Shown: in pieces, positions 60,110 to 64,000 of the stretch
Layout: each line of letters begins with the position of its first letter
Numbering within the stretch: the stretch's first letter is position 1
DNA from: Methylocystis sp.
GTDB lineage: Bacteria > Pseudomonadota > Alphaproteobacteria > Rhizobiales > Beijerinckiaceae
Assembly (NCBI GenBank): GCA_022843405.1
Contig: JALHNQ010000010.1
Span: 8,957 to 72,956 of the forward strand
Length of the DNA: 64,000 nucleotides
Reading direction: 5' to 3'
Translations under genes and position numbers: made by a program
Notes under the pieces: model-generated
What the model saw: the letters and a program-made list of their open reading frames with translations, nothing else
Databases searched by the model: none
Told to the model about the DNA's origin: nothing

Positions 60110-60643
60110 TTACTTCTTCTTGCCTTCCTTGCGGAAGATGAATTCATTGGCGTATTTGACGCCCTTGCCCTTATAGGGCTCGGGGCCGCGCAAGGCGCGA
60201 ATTTCGGCGGCGACCTGGCCGACCTGCTGCTTGTCCATGCCGCTGATGGTGATTTCCGTCGGCTTCGGCGTCACGATCGCGATGCCGGCCGGAATCGGAA
60301 AATTCACGTCATGCGAATAGCCAAGCGCGAGCTGCAGAGTCTTGCCCTGCACCGCGGCGCGATAGCCGACGCCGGTGATTTCGAGCTTCTTTTCAAAGCC
60401 CGCCGTCACGCCGACGACGATATTGTTGATCCGCGCCCGCGCCGTTCCCCACAGCGCGCGCGCGCGCTTGGTTTCATTGCGCGGGTCGACCTTGAGGGCG
60501 TTGTCCTGCTGGACGACGGAAACCTCGTCGGGAACCAGGAACTCCAGCTGGCCCTTCGCGCCCTTCACCTGCACGAGCTGACCGTCCACCTTGGCGGTGA
60601 CGCCGGCGGGAACGATGACAGGCTTCTTGCCGATACGAGACAT
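60110..60643 (-). CDS. rplF: 50S ribosomal protein L6
   Basis: [14 protein letters not shown] and PEPYKGKG. Confidence 0.98.
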   Translation of the reverse strand: MSRIGKKPVIVPAGVTAKVDGQLVQVKGAKGQLEFLVPDEVSVVQQDNALKVDPRNETKRARALWGTARARINNIVVGVTAGFEKKLEITGVGYRAAVQGKTLQLALGYSHDVNFPIPAGIAIVTPKPTEITISGMDKQQVGQVAAEIRALRGPEPYKGKGVKYANEFIFRKEGKKK

Positions 60644-60675
60644 TGTTGCAAATCCTGTTTGATGAGGCGCAAGGT

Positions 60676-61074
60676 CTAGAAGACCTTGCACAGCACCTCG
60701 CCGCCGACATTGTTTTCGCGCGCCGCGTGATCGGCCATCACGCCCTTCGGAGTCGACACGATGGTGACGCCGAGGCCGTTCGCGACGCGCGGCACCGCGC
60801 CGACCGCCGCATAGACTCGGCGGCCCGGACGCGACACGCGTTCGATCTGCTTGATCACCGGCTCGCCATCGAAATATTTCAGCTCGATCTCGAACTCGGT
60901 GCGGCCATTGCCGAAGTCGGCGCTGCTATAGCCGCGGATATAACCCTCTTCCTTCAGCACGTCGAGCACATGGGCGCGCAGCTTGGAGCCCGGTGAGGAC
61001 ACCTTGTCCTTGCGGCGCATCTGCGCATTGCGGATGCGGGTGAGGAGATCGCCCAATGGATCGTTGATCGCCAT
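60676..61074 (-). CDS. rpsH: 30S ribosomal protein S8
   Basis: [17 protein letters not shown] and STPKGVM. Confidence 0.98.
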   Translation of the reverse strand: MAINDPLGDLLTRIRNAQMRRKDKVSSPGSKLRAHVLDVLKEEGYIRGYSSADFGNGRTEFEIELKYFDGEPVIKQIERVSRPGRRVYAAVGAVPRVANGLGVTIVSTPKGVMADHAARENNVGGEVLCKVF

Positions 61075-61086
61075 TTATTCGTCTCC

Positions 61087-61392
61087 TTACCAGCTCGACT
61101 TCACAAGGCCGGGCACGAGGCCGCGGGAGCCGAGTTCGCGCAGCGCGATGCGCGACATTTTCAACTTGCGATAAAAGGCGCGCGGACGGCCAGACACTTC
61201 GCAGCGGTTGCGCACCCGTACGGACGCCGAATTGCGCGGCAGCGCGGCAAGCTTGAGTCGGGCCTCGAACTGCTCTTCGACGGTCAGCGCCTTGTCCTTG
61301 GCGACCGCCTTCAGCCGCGCGCGCCGCCCCGCGTAGGACTTCACGAGCCTTTGCTTCCGCTTGTTGTTCTCAATCGCGCTTTTCTTCGCCAT
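61087..61392 (-). CDS. rpsN: 30S ribosomal protein S14 (long, Zn-independent form)
   Basis: [18 protein letters not shown] and GLVKSSW. Confidence 0.98.
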   Translation of the reverse strand: MAKKSAIENNKRKQRLVKSYAGRRARLKAVAKDKALTVEEQFEARLKLAALPRNSASVRVRNRCEVSGRPRAFYRKLKMSRIALRELGSRGLVPGLVKSSW

Positions 61393-61439
61393 TGCCAGTT
61401 TTGCCTTTCGGTATCCGCGTTTGAGGAGCTGTTACGCCC

Positions 61440-62141
61440 TCACTGCCGGAACGGGAAATTGAACGCCTTCAGCAAGGCGCATGCTTCTTCGTCGGTCTTG
61501 GCCGTCGTGCAGACGATGACGTCCATGCCCAGGATCGACTCGGCCTTGTCGTAGTCGATTTCAGGGAACACGATGTGCTCCTTGATGCCGAGCGCATAAT
61601 TGCCGCGGCCGTCGAACGACTTCGGATTCAATCCGCGGAAGTCGCGCACGCGCGGCAATGCGACGGTGATCAGCCGGTCGAGGAACTCGTACATGCGCGT
61701 CTTGCGCAGAGTCACCTTCGCGCCGATCGGCATGTTTTCGCGCAGCTTGAAGGTCGAAATCGCCTTGCGGGCGCGGGTGACGACCGGCTTCTGCCCGGCG
61801 ATGAGGCCGAGATCCGCCGCGGCCGCCGCCGCCTTCTTGCTGTCGTTGACGGATTCGCCGACGCCCATGTTGAGCACGATTTTCTCGATCGTGGGCACTT
61901 CAAGCACGTTCTTGTAGCCGAACTGCTTGGTGAGCGCCTCGCGCACGACCTCGTCATAGTGCTTCTTCATGCGCGGCGTATAGCCGGGGTCGAGAGCTGC
62001 GACCTTCGCCGGCTTTTCCTTGGCGACGGGCTTCTCGGCCGATTTGGCGGCCTTCTTCGGCTCTTTGGCCTCCGCGCCCTCGGCGGCGGGCTTTTGAGCC
62101 TTGGCGGGCTTTTCGGCCTTGGGCTTCTTTTCCTCAGCCAT
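61440..62141 (-). CDS. rplE: 50S ribosomal protein L5 with an N-terminal Lys/Ala/Pro/Glu-rich extension
   Basis: [14 protein letters not shown] and RVRDFRG. About 50 extra low-complexity residues at the N-terminus. Confidence 0.98.
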   Translation of the reverse strand: MAEEKKPKAEKPAKAQKPAAEGAEAKEPKKAAKSAEKPVAKEKPAKVAALDPGYTPRMKKHYDEVVREALTKQFGYKNVLEVPTIEKIVLNMGVGESVNDSKKAAAAAADLGLIAGQKPVVTRARKAISTFKLRENMPIGAKVTLRKTRMYEFLDRLITVALPRVRDFRGLNPKSFDGRGNYALGIKEHIVFPEIDYDKAESILGMDVIVCTTAKTDEEACALLKAFNFPFRQ

Positions 62142-62451
62142 CGATCAATTCTCCGGAACGCTTGGCGACGCGGACCTTGCGGCCGTCGTCGAGAATCTTG
62201 AAGCCGACGCGCGTCGCCTTGCCGTCCTTGGGATCGGCGAGCGCGAGGTTCGACAAATCGATCGGCGCGGCCTTGTTGATGATGCCGGCTTCGCGATCCT
62301 TGGTCTGGCGCTGATGACGCTTTACAATGTTGACGCCGTCGACGACGGCGCGGCCTTCGTCAGGAATCACGCGCAGCACCTCGCCCTTCTTGCCCTTGTC
62401 GCGGCCGGCGAGAACGACGACCTTGTCGCCCTTCTTGATCTTGGCGGCCAT
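62134..62451 (-). CDS. rplX: 50S ribosomal protein L24
   Basis: [25 protein letters not shown]. Confidence 0.98.
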   Translation of the reverse strand: MAAKIKKGDKVVVLAGRDKGKKGEVLRVIPDEGRAVVDGVNIVKRHQRQTKDREAGIINKAAPIDLSNLALADPKDGKATRVGFKILDDGRKVRVAKRSGELIDG

Positions 62452-62819
62452 TACAAAACCTCCGGGGCGAGCGAGATGATCTTCATGTGATTCTTGGCGC
62501 GCAGCTCGCGCGGCACCGGTCCGAAAATACGGGTGCCGATCGGCTCCTTCTGATTGTTGATCAGCACCGCGGCGTTCGAGTCGAAACGAATCACGGAGCC
62601 GTCGGAACGCTTGATGTCCTTCGCGGTGCGCACGACGACCGCCTTGAGCACGTCGCCCTTCTTCACGCGGCCGCGCGGGATCGCCTCCTTGATCGACACG
62701 ACGATGATGTCGCCGACCCCAGCGTATTTGCGCTTGGAGCCGCCCAGCACCTTGATGCACATCACGCGGCGCGCGCCGGAGTTGTCGGCGACGTCGAGAT
62801 TGGTCTGCATCTGAATCAT
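62451..62819 (-). CDS. rplN: 50S ribosomal protein L14
   Basis: [15 protein letters not shown] and ISLAPEVL. Confidence 0.99.
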   Translation of the reverse strand: MIQMQTNLDVADNSGARRVMCIKVLGGSKRKYAGVGDIIVVSIKEAIPRGRVKKGDVLKAVVVRTAKDIKRSDGSVIRFDSNAAVLINNQKEPIGTRIFGPVPRELRAKNHMKIISLAPEVL

Positions 62820-62889
62820 GGCTTACCCGCCTTTCGTTCCGGTCTGGTTTCGACTCGCGCCGACTTCGTCCGGAGGTTTGTACGTTCGA

Positions 62890-63132
62890 CTACGCCTTGG
62901 CCGCCTCTTCGACGACGCGCCAACGCTTCAATTTCGAAATCGGCGCGGTCTCTTCGATCGTCACCGCGTCGCCCACCTTGAACGCGCCACTCTCGTCATG
63001 GGCGTGATAGTTTTTCGTGCGGCGCACCGTCTTCTGAAACAGCGGATGGGTGAAACGGCGCTCGACCTTCACCACCACGGTCTTGTTCTGCTTGTCGCTG
63101 ACGACGACGCCCTGGAGAATTCGCTTCGGCAT
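62890..63132 (-). CDS. rpsQ: 30S ribosomal protein S17
   Basis: GVVVSDK, HAHDE and PISKLKRW. Confidence 0.98.
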   Translation of the reverse strand: MPKRILQGVVVSDKQNKTVVVKVERRFTHPLFQKTVRRTKNYHAHDESGAFKVGDAVTIEETAPISKLKRWRVVEEAAKA

Positions 63133-63138
63133 GGCGCT

Positions 63139-63351
63139 TTAACCCTGCTTTTCGGCGCGCTTATGCGCGGCGATGGTTTTCGTGCGGGCAATGTCGCGAC
63201 GAACGACGCGCACGCGTGAGGTGTTCTCGAGCTGGCCGGTCGCCCGCTGGAAGCGCAGATTGAACTGCTCTTTCTTAAGCTTCAGCACTTCGTCTTTGAG
63301 CTGATCTTCGGTCATCGCCTTGATGTCGGAGAGGCGCTGTTTGGATTTCAT
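63139..63351 (-). CDS. rpmC: 50S ribosomal protein L29
   Basis: [11 protein letters not shown]...RRDIAR. Confidence 0.97.
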   Translation of the reverse strand: MKSKQRLSDIKAMTEDQLKDEVLKLKKEQFNLRFQRATGQLENTSRVRVVRRDIARTKTIAAHKRAEKQG

Positions 63352-63361
63352 CACGTTCCCC

Positions 63362-63775
63362 TTATTCGGCGATGCGTTCGATGAAGCGCGTCTTAATCGG
63401 CAGCTTCGCGGCGGCAAGCGTCAAGGCCTCCCGCGCGATAGGCGCCGGCACGCCGTCGATCTCGAACATGATGCGGCCGGGCGCGACGCGCACCGCCCAG
63501 AATTCCGGTGCGCCCTTGCCCTTACCCATGCGCACTTCGGTCGGCTTCTTGGACACCGGCACGTCAGGGAAGATGCGGATCCAGACCCTGCCGGCGCGCT
63601 TCATATGGCGCGTCATGGCGCGGCGCGCGGCTTCGATCTGGCGCGCGGTCACGCGGTCCGGCTCCAGCGCCTTGAGGCCGAACTGACCGAAGTCGAGCGA
63701 ATAGCCCGCCTTGGAGGCGCCCCGGATGCGGCCCTTGAAGGCCTTTCGGAACTTGGTGCGTTTGGGTTGCAGCAT
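63362..63775 (-). CDS. rplP: 50S ribosomal protein L16
   Basis: [16 protein letters not shown] and MGKGKG. Confidence 0.99.
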   Translation of the reverse strand: MLQPKRTKFRKAFKGRIRGASKAGYSLDFGQFGLKALEPDRVTARQIEAARRAMTRHMKRAGRVWIRIFPDVPVSKKPTEVRMGKGKGAPEFWAVRVAPGRIMFEIDGVPAPIAREALTLAAAKLPIKTRFIERIAE

Positions 63776-63799
63776 GATTGCGCTCTTTAATCTTGTTCG

Positions 63800-64000
63800 T
63801 TACGCCGCGTCGCGCGGTTCGCGCGGCTCGCGACGACGGCGTTCGCCGCCGCGATCGCGGTCATGATGATCGCCGCCGCCGGCAGCTTGTTCGGCGGCCT
63901 TTTTGTCCTGCGCCATCGGATCGTGCTCGAGGATTTCGCCCTTGAAGATCCAGACTTTGATTCCGCAAGCGCCATAGGCGGTATGCGCGGTCGCCGTGCC
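63800..64000 (-). CDS. rpsC: 30S ribosomal protein S3, C-terminal part (5' end outside the window)
   Basis: Manual translation: [34 protein letters not shown]...RDAA*. Confidence 0.95.
   Translation of the reverse strand, partial: GTATAHTAYGACGIKVWIFKGEILEHDPMAQDKKAAEQAAGGGDHHDRDRGGERRRREPREPRDAA

Noticed and set aside
61087-61392. S14 lacking the Zn-binding cysteines; rpsD, infA and map absent from the operons
   Set aside because: Normal for Alphaproteobacteria.
1-64000. tRNA, rRNA, riboswitches, integrases, CRISPR-cas
   Set aside because: None recognised by eye. An Infernal or tRNAscan run would be needed to exclude small RNAs.

Overview
A high-GC alphaproteobacterial chromosome segment. 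The GAAC-N7-GAAC SOS box and the ribosomal gene order (no rpsD in the alpha operon) support this. A Methylocystis/Methylosinus-like Hyphomicrobiales host is my impression only; no methane-oxidation genes are present. Left to right: (1) a TetR-regulated RND efflux locus that runs off the left edge; (2) a complete 3,036-bp IS1595-family element (3776-6811, 16-bp perfect terminal inverted repeats, 8-bp target duplication GCTCAAAG) carrying five passenger ORFs, one of them DUF3800-like; (3) a decayed IS1380 remnant; (4) a compact three-gene azole RiPP cluster, the top finding. It has a fused E1-like/YcaO cyclodehydratase, a SagB-type oxidase and a 114-aa precursor with a signal-peptide-like N-terminus and the core WWW-GCRGCRGCGCRGCGCRGCRGCGCRGC-W (10 Cys, each preceded by Gly). 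(5) Glycosidase/ABC/ROK genes; (6) an orphan UrtA-like binding protein, hybrid kinase, receiver and adenylate cyclase signalling operon; (7) a patatin-adc-bdhA cluster, probably for PHB/ketone-body catabolism; (8) galT-galK and a GH42 beta-galactosidase; (9) an MgtE / DUF5132-like / HMA2-like / P2-type ATPase module with a MetK paralogue whose substrate-binding residues are altered; (10) a RoxA-like di-haem cytochrome c; (11) SOS-boxed imuA-imuB-dnaE2; (12) lapA, ihfB, sppA, cutA, degQ; (13) the distal S10, spc and alpha ribosomal operons, with two related heptamer-based palindromes inserted right after stop codons. All calls come from motifs read by eye; no database searches were run.
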